64,000 nucleotides of DNA from a virus. Both the position numbers and the translations under genes were made by a program. This document shows, in pieces, positions 11,637-21,987 of the stretch. The notes below the pieces were generated by a model. The model was not told the origin of the DNA, did no database searches, and saw only the letters and a program-made list of their open reading frames with translations. Within the stretch, counting starts at the first letter, position 1. Each line of letters begins with the position of its first letter. Location of the stretch: IMG/VR virus record IMGVR_UViG_3300033998_000095, positions 32,001 through 96,000 of that record; one strand, given 5' to 3'.

Positions 11637-12074
11637 TTAATCCTCTACTCTTTCTTCTTTAACTGTTTTTAATTCATATAATGACTGGCTTAATAAATCT
11701 ATATTATCTAATATAGGAAATCTATAAGTATAATCTCTATCAGCATAATTAAATCTAATAGTTATACCAATACCTTTATTATATCTATCTCCTATGAATT
11801 CACTTTGTACGTCCAATACCCTAATTCTAGGTTCCCATTTTTCTAATGCATATCTAACTTCTTGATTTGCTTCAGTTAGTATATCATCAGTTTCCAAAGA
11901 AAATAAAAGTTTAGTTATATTACAACCAAACTCAGGTTGCCATATTCTACTGCCTGGAGGAGTAGCAAGAATGACAAATATGGACTGTAGAATAACACCA
12001 ATATTTCTACTTTCATAAAAGTCTCCATTTGGTGATAATTCTGGTAAACATCCAATCAACTCTTGATATGCCAT
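11637..12074 (-). CDS. Baseplate wedge subunit, gp25/GPW family
   Basis: ILATPPGSRIWQPEFGCNI...LEKWEPRIRV. Confidence 0.9.
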   Translation of the reverse strand: MAYQELIGCLPELSPNGDFYESRNIGVILQSIFVILATPPGSRIWQPEFGCNITKLLFSLETDDILTEANQEVRYALEKWEPRIRVLDVQSEFIGDRYNKGIGITIRFNYADRDYTYRFPILDNIDLLSQSLYELKTVKEERVED

Positions 12075-12098
12075 TATTTGCTACTCCTCCTATTTTAA

Positions 12099-12287
12099 TT
12101 ATTTCTTTTTCATTGATGTTGCTTTTTGCCTGGACAATTCTTCTTCTACTCTTTGTTGCTTGGTTTCTTCATATTTTACTCTCCAATTTAAGATAGCATC
12201 AAGTTTACCTACTGGCATTGCCATAATATCACTGTATGGTACTCCTCCAAATAGGGTCATAAATAATGCTACCTTTTCAGTAAGCAT
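12099..12287 (-). CDS. Tail assembly chaperone C-terminal (T-like) segment
   Basis: YSDIMAMP motif typical of chaperone extension ORFs; directly follows the gp26-like gene. Confidence 0.55.
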   Translation of the reverse strand: MLTEKVALFMTLFGGVPYSDIMAMPVGKLDAILNWRVKYEETKQQRVEEELSRQKATSMKKK

Positions 12288-12315
12288 CTTTTTGTATGTT
12301 TCTTGTGCTTTAGGA

Positions 12316-13188
12316 TTACTGTGATAAGCGAAAAAGCTCAGCTATTAAGCTGACTGGATTCTCCTCTGACTTCCCACAATTGGGACAGGTTCCTCTAACA
12401 TATAAATCTATACCATAATTTCCATACGCTTCATTCCATGCTTTTCTAATAGCTATTTTATCTCTTGATGGTAGGTTACGTAGATAAGAATATATTTCAA
12501 ACACATTTTTAACAACCAAATATTTCTTATCATCTTCACTATTATTTGTTGATGATTCATTTTCTATATTCTCATCTGGTTTCTGCTTCATTGCTACTTG
12601 TTTCTGTGGAATATGCAATTCTCTTATAATAATATAACTATCTGCTCTTCGTAAGATTTCCTGAGATATTCCTTTACTCGTTGCAAACTCACGTTCATCT
12701 TTTAAAGTAGGTAGGCAAAGCACAGCCTTATATTTACTTATAGGTAATGTTACATCCACTGTCTTTGCAATTAAACTTTCTCTTCCCTCATATAATCTTA
12801 TATCAACATTTTCAGTGATATTCTCTTTAACAGTGTATTGAAAATCACAAGCAGAGCAATTGATTGTAAAGTCTTGTTCTTCACCATATGATGCTACTAA
12901 TATTCCATAAAGCAAAGCTTCTCTATCTATTATAGAAACATTTCGTTCGAAATTATAAATAGTATCCAAAGGTGGTTCCTTTTCAGTAATACATTCATAT
13001 ACAGTTTGATTAAGTAATGCTGTTGCTTTAGCAGCAGTAAGAGCAGATTCCCTTAATCTCTCTTCCTGTGCTACTGTAAGAGACCTAACAGTTAAATGTA
13101 ATTTACTATGTGGTGTTATAACCTCAAACGTAGGAAACTGAAAATCCTCAAATTTTGGTAAATCTTTTGCTTGATAAGCCATTAACAA
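12316..13188 (-). CDS. Baseplate hub assembly/tail chaperone, T4 gp26/gp51-like
   Basis: VRSLTVAQEE, DREALL...SYG, two CxxC pairs (CSAC, CPNC), LPTLKDE. Confidence 0.75.
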   Translation of the reverse strand: MLMAYQAKDLPKFEDFQFPTFEVITPHSKLHLTVRSLTVAQEERLRESALTAAKATALLNQTVYECITEKEPPLDTIYNFERNVSIIDREALLYGILVASYGEEQDFTINCSACDFQYTVKENITENVDIRLYEGRESLIAKTVDVTLPISKYKAVLCLPTLKDEREFATSKGISQEILRRADSYIIIRELHIPQKQVAMKQKPDENIENESSTNNSEDDKKYLVVKNVFEIYSYLRNLPSRDKIAIRKAWNEAYGNYGIDLYVRGTCPNCGKSEENPVSLIAELFRLSQ

Positions 13189-13223
13189 AATCCTCCTTGT
13201 AATTAATTATTATTCGTTATTAT

Positions 13224-13252
13224 ATTTTACATCATTCAGTACAAAAATGCAA
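13224..13252 (-). promoter_or_regulatory. Putative sigma70-type promoter
   Basis: TTGCAT-N17-TAAAAT upstream of the 13188 ORF. Confidence 0.45.
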
Positions 13253-13261
13253 TACAAAAAT

Positions 13262-13294
13262 ATATTGGTCTCCCTTTATCAGGGAGACCAATAT
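13262..13294 (-). terminator. Intrinsic terminator after major capsid gene
   Basis: 14-bp perfect stem ATATTGGTCTCCCT/AGGGAGACCAATAT followed by a T-run on the minus strand. Confidence 0.85.
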
Positions 13295-13338
13295 GATATA
13301 GTATTACATGTTACATTGAAATGTAGTTTAGTATAGAA

Positions 13339-14817
13339 TTAGTTAGTTATTTCAATAAGTCCTACACCTTCATGCCTTATAAACTTAGCAGCATACCTGC
13401 TAAGGAAGGTCATGACTGGTTTCCTGCCAAGAGGGAATGGTGTAATGGTTAGTGGCCTATATGGTGCAAACACAAACACAGCATGATCTGGATTCTCAGG
13501 CTTTAACAATACTATCATTTTACCCTGAGGAACTACAGGAGAGCTTAGCACTTTCCAAGTATCATCCAGCACACCAGCTATAGGCGAATTACCAAATGCT
13601 CCACCACCAACAGTATTACCCTTGAAAGAATAATCAGAAGTAGTTTTCAGAATAGCAACATCAAGAGGATTGGCTACTATAGTATTGGCCACTCCAATAT
13701 TAGTATCAACATAAATCTGGTTGCTTACTTCATTCAGCTGAACTACAATCTGGTTGTACCATTCTTTTCTACCAAATGCAAAATTAGCATCAGGTGTCTT
13801 GGAGAAAGTTTTTATTGCATTGGGATGGAAAATGCTTGTTTCCCTAATAAGGGCATTAATCAGTTTCCTATCAATATCCAACGCTATAACATTTCCAAAC
13901 GTATCTACCAACTGAGCCTGGACATCCATATCAAAATATGCTTTGACATCCTGCTCATACTGAATCGTCCATTCAGCCTGCACTTCATGGTCAATAGCAT
14001 TCATTCTAATCTTAAGATGTTTAAAACTAATTTTATTAGCATACATTTCCTCAAATCCAGAAATGCTTGCTACTATGGATATACCAGTTACTCTTTCAGC
14101 TTCTCCTGCTCTAGTATTAGATACAGTTACTGTTCCTTTGAAATAGTCTACATTACCAGATACATGATCTACGAGACCACTGGTTCCAAGTTCAACATCA
14201 AAATTAAACATACCTTCTTCATTGGGCTCAACCAATATATCTACATCAGAAGTGGTGCTACCATTATCAGTAGTAAAAGTAACACTAACAATCTGAAAAT
14301 CTCTCTGTAGATGAGCCTGAGAAGGATTCAATCCCTGAGCAGCCAGCAAATCAGTAATAGAAGGAACAGCAACAAGAGCAGGAGCAGTTACTCCTATTTG
14401 AGTTGCACTAGAAACATCCCTCTGTAGATTAGGCAGATCAAACTCTTCATTGCCAACTTTAGCTACAGCAATCAAAAAGGGCCTTATAATTTCAGGCTGC
14501 TCCATTGGCAACACTGTCAATGCTTCCCTAGCAACCAATGCAGGCCACATTTTCCTAAACACAGGAAGAATTAGCTGAGCCTGTGGTTTAAATCCATAAA
14601 CAGTTTCAGCAAGTATTCCTTCCCTAACCAGACCAGACATAGTCTTGAATTCATCTTTCATATTTAATTCAAGACCTTCTGAAAGAGCTTCTACATAGTA
14701 ATCGAAAAGAGCATCATCAGCCAATATCTGTGGATAGTTTGCTACTACATCCACACCCTGCTTCTTCATAGACTTTGCAGTTTCCTGCAACAACGATTTT
14801 ACAGCACTATATTGCAT
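13339..14817 (-). CDS. Major capsid protein, T4 gp23-like HK97 fold
   Basis: AEWTIQYEQDVKAYFDMD, IALDIDRKLI, VFVFAPYRPL, SRYA; strong terminator; next to protease and portal. Confidence 0.88.
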   Translation of the reverse strand: MQYSAVKSLLQETAKSMKKQGVDVVANYPQILADDALFDYYVEALSEGLELNMKDEFKTMSGLVREGILAETVYGFKPQAQLILPVFRKMWPALVAREALTVLPMEQPEIIRPFLIAVAKVGNEEFDLPNLQRDVSSATQIGVTAPALVAVPSITDLLAAQGLNPSQAHLQRDFQIVSVTFTTDNGSTTSDVDILVEPNEEGMFNFDVELGTSGLVDHVSGNVDYFKGTVTVSNTRAGEAERVTGISIVASISGFEEMYANKISFKHLKIRMNAIDHEVQAEWTIQYEQDVKAYFDMDVQAQLVDTFGNVIALDIDRKLINALIRETSIFHPNAIKTFSKTPDANFAFGRKEWYNQIVVQLNEVSNQIYVDTNIGVANTIVANPLDVAILKTTSDYSFKGNTVGGGAFGNSPIAGVLDDTWKVLSSPVVPQGKMIVLLKPENPDHAVFVFAPYRPLTITPFPLGRKPVMTFLSRYAAKFIRHEGVGLIEITN

Positions 14818-14923
14818 TTATTTTACCCCCATATTAAAAAGTGTTTATAATTTATTCCCAAATAAATTATTATCTTCTGTCTACTATACTTCATATCTTC
14901 TTAGTCTATTATCTTTCAGCTAA

Positions 14924-15349
14924 TTAACAATAAGAAATATAACCACTTATCTTATTAGTACTACCATTATCATTAACTATTATTAACTTTCTAAGCAAAT
15001 TACTTTGAATATTATTGAATACATATCTTCCAGCTTTTAAATAAGCAGGAGTAGAATTCATAGAATTGAAGTATAATTTTAAATTAGATTCACATTCTAT
15101 AACAACGTTCAATCTATACATCGACGACATTTTTTCAATTGGTAATTCAATTGTAAATTGATCTACTAAGTTATCTTCTTTAAAGCTATAAAGAATAGGA
15201 GAAACTGGTGGATCGTCTGAAATAAATTCTATATATTTGTTAAGCTCTGCTTTAGAAAGATATCTACTAAGAGTAAAAGTAGAATTACCTTTTGCGATAA
15301 AATCACCAACAACTACATCTTTAGGATTGTGATTCTTATATGTAGGCAT
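14924..15349 (-). CDS. Hypothetical virion protein
   Basis: 141-aa ORF with SD GAGGT between protease and capsid genes. Confidence 0.5.
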   Translation of the reverse strand: MPTYKNHNPKDVVVGDFIAKGNSTFTLSRYLSKAELNKYIEFISDDPPVSPILYSFKEDNLVDQFTIELPIEKMSSMYRLNVVIECESNLKLYFNSMNSTPAYLKAGRYVFNNIQSNLLRKLIIVNDNGSTNKISGYISYC

Positions 15350-15377
15350 TATTTTTTTACCTCTCTTTAGATAATAA

Positions 15378-16295
15378 TTATTCTATCCCAAAATATTTTT
15401 TAAATAAGGTATCAATTGGTTCTTTGTTATTTATATAATCATCGAGAAAATCTATAAGATTCTTTTCTTTCTTATATTCTTCTTCATCATATAGATAATT
15501 CTCAATTAATTTATCTACAGTGTTTTCTGCTTCCACTAATTTGTTATGTTTCAAATTAATTTCTAGCAGTTCCAATAAAGTTTCAAAATCATTCTTTACT
15601 TTATTTTCAGCTAATGGTTTAGAATTAAACATACCATTAACAATATCAAATCTATCTACCAGAATATTGGATTCTGTCAAATATGATGCTCTCTTTTTAG
15701 TATTTGCAAAATGTTCTTTGACAATCTCAATCATACGTGCCTTTTCATGTGAAGGATTACTAACACAATCATATGTTATGATTTCAAATGGGGCTGTTAT
15801 TTCAGTAATTCCATCAGATCTTGGTTTACATTCACCTACTGCTCTAACTGAAAATCCTACCTTAACACCATCCATTATTAAACCAGCTAATTTATATCCA
15901 TTATCAGTAGAGGTGGTCTCAATCTCTCCCAAGACCATATTACCATCCATCCACATTTTATTTATTATATGTGAAACATTATCATATAATACAACAAAAT
16001 GCCTATATTCATCTACTTCAGTATTACCTGTAAGCACAGGATGATCCAGTTCTCCAAGCAATGTCCTTGCTTGAATAAGTGGTTGTAAGGAATTAATCGC
16101 TTTCTCAACTAGATATTTAGGATACATACGTTTATTAAAATTAACATCATCAGTAGTCTGCAATACAGTTCTAATTTTAACTTTTGGCATCCTGGCACCC
16201 ATATACTTTGAATCAACTACTTCAGTATATAGGTTAGTTTTATCTATACCATTATCCAAATATATATACATTATGTTTTTGAACCTCCTAACCAA
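15378..16295 (-). CDS. Prohead core protease, T4 gp21-like
   Basis: NFNKRMYP, LGELDHP, VGFSVRAVG, YDCVSNPS. True start may be the ATG at 16271. Confidence 0.92.
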   Translation of the reverse strand: MVRRFKNIMYIYLDNGIDKTNLYTEVVDSKYMGARMPKVKIRTVLQTTDDVNFNKRMYPKYLVEKAINSLQPLIQARTLLGELDHPVLTGNTEVDEYRHFVVLYDNVSHIINKMWMDGNMVLGEIETTSTDNGYKLAGLIMDGVKVGFSVRAVGECKPRSDGITEITAPFEIITYDCVSNPSHEKARMIEIVKEHFANTKKRASYLTESNILVDRFDIVNGMFNSKPLAENKVKNDFETLLELLEINLKHNKLVEAENTVDKLIENYLYDEEEYKKEKNLIDFLDDYINNKEPIDTLFKKYFGIE

Positions 16296-17055
16296 TTGTA
16301 TTTAATAAAGAGTCAATATCATCATCTTGTTCTTTTGGAGAACTAGATAATTGATTATCCTTATCAGATATATTATCTTCTTCACTATTAGTTGCACTGT
16401 TATCCTCATCACTCTTTTTATCATCATTATTATCATTATCCTGATTATCTTGTGATAAGGTTTCATCATCAGAATTATATTTCTTCAATATCTCTATAGC
16501 CTGTTTTACAACTTCTGCAGAAAATTCCTCCAGTTTTTTATTAACTTCATCTAGATTATCTTTCTCATATATGCTATCACCAATAGTTGCAATTGTTTGT
16601 AAAACTTTGTTTACATACTTTATTAAAGGAGTAAAATCAGCATCTCTTGTTTTAGTAGATGCCATATTGAGCAAATCTCTGATTCTGATTAATTGTTTAA
16701 GATTAAATAAGAATTTATCTTTGATACTCTCAGCATCTTGTTCATCTCCAGAATCTATCTCAGGAGTTTCTGGAATGTTTTGATCATTGGTGTTTAAGAT
16801 ATCTTCTGGTGTAATATCGTTGATATTAGAATCTGGATTATCATTCTGACCAGTAATATCAGAAGGTTCATTATTTAACTCATCATCATTAATTTGTTGA
16901 TCATCTGTTTCATTTTGATCATCATCTTCTTCATCTAACAAATCATCTACTTCAAATAAAACATCGTTTTCAGTATAATTATCGATATCATATATCTTAT
17001 TCAATAATTCATCAATATTCTCATACTTACTATATAATATATTGTCAATAGTCAT
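16288..17055 (-). CDS. Acidic prohead core/internal protein
   Basis: D/E/N-rich 255-aa ORF between portal and protease. Confidence 0.45.
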   Translation of the reverse strand: MTIDNILYSKYENIDELLNKIYDIDNYTENDVLFEVDDLLDEEDDDQNETDDQQINDDELNNEPSDITGQNDNPDSNINDITPEDILNTNDQNIPETPEIDSGDEQDAESIKDKFLFNLKQLIRIRDLLNMASTKTRDADFTPLIKYVNKVLQTIATIGDSIYEKDNLDEVNKKLEEFSAEVVKQAIEILKKYNSDDETLSQDNQDNDNNDDKKSDEDNSATNSEEDNISDKDNQLSSSPKEQDDDIDSLLNTIG

Positions 17056-17096
17056 TTTATACTATAACCTCCATCAATATTACTTATAATATGTTA

Positions 17097-19148
17097 TTAA
17101 GGAGTCTCTGGAGCTGGTGTTTCTTCTCCTCCAAACAGATCTGATGAGAGTTCTCCACCACCCATGTCTTCTTCATTGGATTCTTCTCTTGATTTCTCCA
17201 TCTGTTCTAGATAGAATTCATCAAAATCATATTCTGGTAAGAATCTCCTTAATATTTTCTCTTCAGGTACATTCATTTCTTTAAGTGAATTGTATATATC
17301 TCTAATTTCAGTGTACATCTTTGACAATGCCTCAGTAATAATGCCTCTTGGTGGCATAAACGTTAGAGATATATTATGATAATTACTATTTAGATCATCA
17401 TCATCTGAATGTACTAATATATATATTTTGTGCATTAACTCTGTAAAGTATTCAGAAAACATCTTTTGATATCTGATAACTGATCTCGCAAATAACATGC
17501 TTTCTTGTGCTAGGGTTGCTTTGGTTGAATTGAATTCTTCTATACCTAGATAAGATGGTGGAATTTCAATACCAGTTAATATATTCTTTATGAGTGTTGT
17601 ATCTTCACCCTGTCTGGTATCTGAATAGGATCCCATATCAAGTGTATCCATTTCAACATATCTTTTTCCATCTTTAGCAGGTAAATAATAATCTTCAAAT
17701 GTAGACACAATAGAAGGAATAGTTTCTATATCATTTAAATCAGATACCTTTACTTCTCTACTCTTAACTGCTCTTTTAACATTTTCTATTCTACTAGATG
17801 CATCTCTAGTACCTGAAACATCTACAGTAAATATCATATGCTTTCCTGCTCTAGAAAGCATATATATCGTAGATGATACTAATCTAGCAAGATACAGTCT
17901 AAATATAAACTCAAGATCTGCAAATATAGACTCTCCATATACTTCATCTTTAAGACTTATATTCTTAAAATGAATCATATTGCTTTCAGGCACATATCTT
18001 ACATTGACAGATTTAATAGAACTAATTTTATTATAACCTTTTATAATATTAATTAAAACATCCTTTATATCATCAGATAATGAATTTACATCAATTTGTT
18101 TGAGATATGAAGAAATAACAGCATACACTTTGTTTATAATAGTATTAAATGCCTCTTTTTCAGAGTCCATCTGCATCTTAGAAAAGGATCCTACATTACC
18201 CATTCTTGGACCTGCTGCTTCTTGAGCACTTGTTTCACTATCAATGACTAAATAACCAAGGCATATATTATAACGTTGTATCTTAATTACATTATGTGGT
18301 TGATGAAATATTAACGAAACATCATCATATGTTATATCATCTTTATTATTTTTTGCATCATCTTTATTTGATTCATCTTCAGTGATAAGATAATCTTCTG
18401 TGATGTTATCATCATTTTTATATTCTCTTAATTCCTTTGATACTAAATCATTTTCTATTAAATTATGTCTGCGAATATGCTTTATATCCTCTGTTTCTAA
18501 TAACTTGACTGATATCTGTTTATCTTTAAATAACTTATTATTTATTTCAGATAGATTGATCTTTTCCTCTCTTATGACACCACCAAACACATTCTCCATT
18601 TCACGCTGTCTGGTAGTTAATTCAACAAAGAAATCACCAAATAATAAAGTATTCTGAATAATATAATCAGCTTTCTTATCTATAGCTAATACTTTCATAG
18701 CATTTCTAAATTCTTGTTTAAGAAGATCTATTTCAGTCTCTATACCTTCAATATCATCCAACTCAGATATTACATTCAAAGATCGTTTATTAATATCATC
18801 AGGTGAAAGAATATTATCAGCCCATATACGTAAAGCTTTTCCTAATATTGGTATTCTATCTTTAACAGCAAGTATATTCTTATAACTATCTAATCTTTTC
18901 TTAGATGGTGTAAATTGAGAATATCCAGCATTAAATGAACTCAATACATTGTCTATAACATCTGATTCTTTTCCATTGTTAGATTTATTAACAACAGCAT
19001 TAACCAAATCAATCCAATCTTTTTTCCTATAGGGACTTAATAAATCAGCACTATTAACATCATCTAGATGACGTTCGAAGTCAATAGTTAGATCTCCACT
19101 TTTGTTAATACTATATAGTAAATTTCTAAATGTATCTTTAATAGACAA
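17097..19148 (-). CDS. Portal protein, T4 gp20-like
   Basis: LFGDFF, YGESIF, IYMLSRA...IFTVDV, EDYYLP, IPPSYL, FARSVIRYQ. Confidence 0.88.
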   Translation of the reverse strand: MSIKDTFRNLLYSINKSGDLTIDFERHLDDVNSADLLSPYRKKDWIDLVNAVVNKSNNGKESDVIDNVLSSFNAGYSQFTPSKKRLDSYKNILAVKDRIPILGKALRIWADNILSPDDINKRSLNVISELDDIEGIETEIDLLKQEFRNAMKVLAIDKKADYIIQNTLLFGDFFVELTTRQREMENVFGGVIREEKINLSEINNKLFKDKQISVKLLETEDIKHIRRHNLIENDLVSKELREYKNDDNITEDYLITEDESNKDDAKNNKDDITYDDVSLIFHQPHNVIKIQRYNICLGYLVIDSETSAQEAAGPRMGNVGSFSKMQMDSEKEAFNTIINKVYAVISSYLKQIDVNSLSDDIKDVLINIIKGYNKISSIKSVNVRYVPESNMIHFKNISLKDEVYGESIFADLEFIFRLYLARLVSSTIYMLSRAGKHMIFTVDVSGTRDASSRIENVKRAVKSREVKVSDLNDIETIPSIVSTFEDYYLPAKDGKRYVEMDTLDMGSYSDTRQGEDTTLIKNILTGIEIPPSYLGIEEFNSTKATLAQESMLFARSVIRYQKMFSEYFTELMHKIYILVHSDDDDLNSNYHNISLTFMPPRGIITEALSKMYTEIRDIYNSLKEMNVPEEKILRRFLPEYDFDEFYLEQMEKSREESNEEDMGGGELSSDLFGGEETPAPETP

Positions 19149-19180
19149 TTAATAATACACCTCTCAGTGTGAAATCAATC

Positions 19181-19555
19181 TTATCTAATAACGTTATAAA
19201 TCATATTCAAATGTCTATATATTTCTCTAGATATAAAATCAAAGTATTGATCCTTGGTCATAAATACCAAGGATTCTCTTTGTAATTTTCTAGGTATATT
19301 TTTCACAATATATGCAAATGCTTCTTTGTATATCATAAAGTATTCTTCAGTATTTAAATCCAAATTATTAACAAGTGCATCATGTACACCTTTTTCTTGC
19401 ATGAAAAAATCTATCAATGATGATATTGTATCTGAAAGCATAAAAAGAGTATTTCTCATTGATTTAATTCTATTTCGCTCTCTTATTGATGACAATAATC
19501 TAGACAACATGAATGTTAAGTATAATAACATAAAAATTATAATATATTTTATCAT
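19181..19555 (-). CDS. Hypothetical membrane-anchored protein
   Basis: N-terminal hydrophobic helix; SD GAGGAG. Confidence 0.55.
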   Translation of the reverse strand: MIKYIIIFMLLYLTFMLSRLLSSIRERNRIKSMRNTLFMLSDTISSLIDFFMQEKGVHDALVNNLDLNTEEYFMIYKEAFAYIVKNIPRKLQRESLVFMTKDQYFDFISREIYRHLNMIYNVIR

Positions 19556-19584
19556 TTATGAAAAACTCCTCTCTCTTATTATCA

Positions 19585-19829
19585 TAATCAATCGAGTTGC
19601 AATGATGTGAACTACCCCCACCTATAGAGGTGGTGGCTTCGTGGTCAATGCTCCCATCGGAGCAAGATTACCCACGCTCAAAGGGCTGTTCCTTCCCCAG
19701 CTTTACCAATTACATGGCTAATTTTAGCAGGTTCTTTGATGCAGTCAAGCGACATTCATCACCCACTTATAGAAGTGGGCGACTTCTGTCGTTAATTAGG
19801 TTAATTTGACATTGCAACTCGATTGATTA
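19585..19829. repeat. 20-bp perfect inverted repeat flanking the miniature element
   Basis: TAATCAATCGAGTTGCAATG (19585-19604) / CATTGCAACTCGATTGATTA (19810-19829). Confidence 0.9.
19607..19804 (-). mobile_element. Miniature non-autonomous IS200/IS605 (TnpB-derived) element with both ends and omegaRNA scaffold
   Basis: Termini resemble the two IscB elements (GTGAACTACCC..., ...CCCACTTATAGAAGTGGG...GGTTAA); minus strand keeps a TnpB-like C-terminus ASKNLLKLAM* followed by a scaffold ending GTAGTTCAC. Confidence 0.8.
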
Positions 19830-19856
19830 CAAATGAGAATATTTTATTTTGTTTTA

Positions 19857-20165
19857 CTATTCATTTTCAGAACATTCATCATCAGAATAGTCTTCAGCCC
19901 CACCTCTTACATGTTTCTTAGTGGTAGCATAGAAAAACACAAGATCTTTCTTATTAAGTAATAAGACGTCTTGCTCTCTGGTTGGTATATCAAGCAACAC
20001 AAAATCAGTTTGACTCTCTGCTATCTTTTCAGCTATACGATGAATGTCTTGTTTGGTAACATTCTCTGCAGTGAGAACTGATTTGGTGTTATTAATATAC
20101 CCAAATACCAGCCTAATAGAACACGTTTTTTCCTTAACCTGATTTTCCATAATTATACCCTCCAA
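19857..20165 (-). CDS. Hypothetical protein
   Basis: ORF with SD GGAGG (probable ATG at 20150) and its own promoter. Confidence 0.6.
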   Translation of the reverse strand: MEGIIMENQVKEKTCSIRLVFGYINNTKSVLTAENVTKQDIHRIAEKIAESQTDFVLLDIPTREQDVLLLNKKDLVFFYATTKKHVRGGAEDYSDDECSENE

Positions 20166-20197
20166 TATTCTTAGAATGATTTTATCTTTTCTTTTTG

Positions 20198-20226
20198 ATT
20201 ATAAATGACATTTTGTGAAAAATCAA
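20198..20226 (-). promoter_or_regulatory. Putative sigma70-type promoter
   Basis: TTGATT-N17-TATAAT. Confidence 0.55.
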
Positions 20227-20239
20227 GTAGTTAATAAAA

Positions 20240-20464
20240 CTACTTTCCAATTTCTTCACTTTCTGGTTGTAATGATTTAGATTTCTTACCAGTGCTTTCT
20301 TGAGTATTATCTATAATCTCATATTGTACTCCTTGCACATCCAAAAGCAATAGCTGGTGTTCATATAATTCAACAATAGCTGGAGTTCTAAGGGAGTTAA
20401 ATCCAAATGCATTTAATGTGCCAGGAGATTTTATATTGACAAGTACCTTCTTTCTAGTATACAT
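20240..20464 (-). CDS. Hypothetical protein
   Basis: 74-aa ORF with SD AAGGAG. Confidence 0.6.
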   Translation of the reverse strand: MYTRKKVLVNIKSPGTLNAFGFNSLRTPAIVELYEHQLLLLDVQGVQYEIIDNTQESTGKKSKSLQPESEEIGK

Positions 20465-20503
20465 GGCTGTAATCTCCTTTTATATAATGATGAACAAACA
20501 ATA

Positions 20504-21952
20504 TTACTTATTATCATTTGCAAGTTTACGCAAGACCATAGCTGGATCAAATTCTTCATATGTGCTATAGATGCTCAATAATCCAGAAGATTCTCTAAAC
20601 TTAAGATTACCTTCCTGCGATTCAGCTTCCTTCCAAGGTATAAGCATACCAAGCTGTTCGAGATATTTCTCCAGCTTTTGCCTCACTTCTTTAACTACAT
20701 TTTCATTAACCTTTAAAGCTTTAAGGGTAGCATCATTAGCAAATACATCAGTTAAGGTTTTAATAGCACCAGGTATTGCATAAAGTTTTCCATCAATAAT
20801 ATCTGCTATGGGATACTGATATGCATCTATATCATTTTCCTTACCAGGTTCAACATATAGATGGGCTTGTTTTATTAATTCAAAATTTACAGTATCAGTC
20901 TTAACTGCAGCTTCAAGTATTCTCTTACTAGAATTGACAGGAGACCAAGTAGCATTAACAGCAATTGGAAGTGGAACATAAGATTCAGTCTGTTTTTCTG
21001 GAGTTTCTGCTTCTTTATCTGGTGCTTTTTTATTTACTTCTGCTTCTTTTTTCTTACATTTTGCCTCTTCAGGCATCTCATCACTTACATCTTCTAGTTT
21101 GTCAATATCTCTTAATACAGTATCCAAATCAGCATCTTCTGCTTCAGTTGTTTTTACCATATCTTTATCATTTTTCATTTCAGCATCAGGATCTTCAAAA
21201 TTCTTTGCTACTTTTTCCATAGCTTTATCTACACTAGTTTTTGCTGCTTCAACCTGATTTATGAAATGCTCTACAGTAGAAAGTGTTTTATCAAGATCAA
21301 ATTCATCTTCAGATCCAGCTTCTGGTTCTAACTCAGCCTCAGGCTCAGTTTCCTGTTCTGGTTCCACTTCTTCAGGCTCTTCTGCTGGTTCTTCTTGAGG
21401 TTCCTCTAAAGATACAATTTTATCTAGAAACTCACTTATAATAGACATAAGTATATCTATATCATTGTCCTCATATACATCTACATCAGATGCATCTGCA
21501 GGCTCTTCAACAGATACTACAGATTGAACTACATCATTCTCATCATCTACAGGAGTATCAACTGTAGAAGCAACAACAACAGGTTCTTCCTCATCTTCCT
21601 GTTCTTTTAAAGCTGTAAGTAAATTACGTAGTTCAGTAACATCATCAGATTTCTTGCTTACTGACTCTTTGATAGCGTTGTCAACTTGTTTAGCACTCTT
21701 TTTAGGTTTAGACTCAGCAACAGAGACCATCTTCTGAGAAACTATATCCTCAACCATAGCATTAAGTTTCTCAGCTTCCTTTGTTAACTTTGCTTTAAGA
21801 TCAGCAGTAATATCAACAGGAACTATATTACTCTTTTCAAGATCCTTAATAATCCTACTAGAAAACAATTCACTTGCAATATCATTCATTGCAGGTTCCT
21901 TTGAAAACTCCATTTCTTGAACCATTTTATTCTTCTTCTTCTCGTTTGTCAT
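20504..21952 (-). CDS. Acidic scaffold/prohead core-like protein
   Basis: E/P-rich middle; C-terminal ATW...AHLYV...AYQYPIADIIDGKLYAIP domain of a type I recall from phage head-maturation proteins. Confidence 0.5.
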   Translation of the reverse strand: MTNEKKKNKMVQEMEFSKEPAMNDIASELFSSRIIKDLEKSNIVPVDITADLKAKLTKEAEKLNAMVEDIVSQKMVSVAESKPKKSAKQVDNAIKESVSKKSDDVTELRNLLTALKEQEDEEEPVVVASTVDTPVDDENDVVQSVVSVEEPADASDVDVYEDNDIDILMSIISEFLDKIVSLEEPQEEPAEEPEEVEPEQETEPEAELEPEAGSEDEFDLDKTLSTVEHFINQVEAAKTSVDKAMEKVAKNFEDPDAEMKNDKDMVKTTEAEDADLDTVLRDIDKLEDVSDEMPEEAKCKKKEAEVNKKAPDKEAETPEKQTESYVPLPIAVNATWSPVNSSKRILEAAVKTDTVNFELIKQAHLYVEPGKENDIDAYQYPIADIIDGKLYAIPGAIKTLTDVFANDATLKALKVNENVVKEVRQKLEKYLEQLGMLIPWKEAESQEGNLKFRESSGLLSIYSTYEEFDPAMVLRKLANDNK

Positions 21953-21987
21953 TTTTAAATGACCTCCTATTTTAATATTTTCTTATT

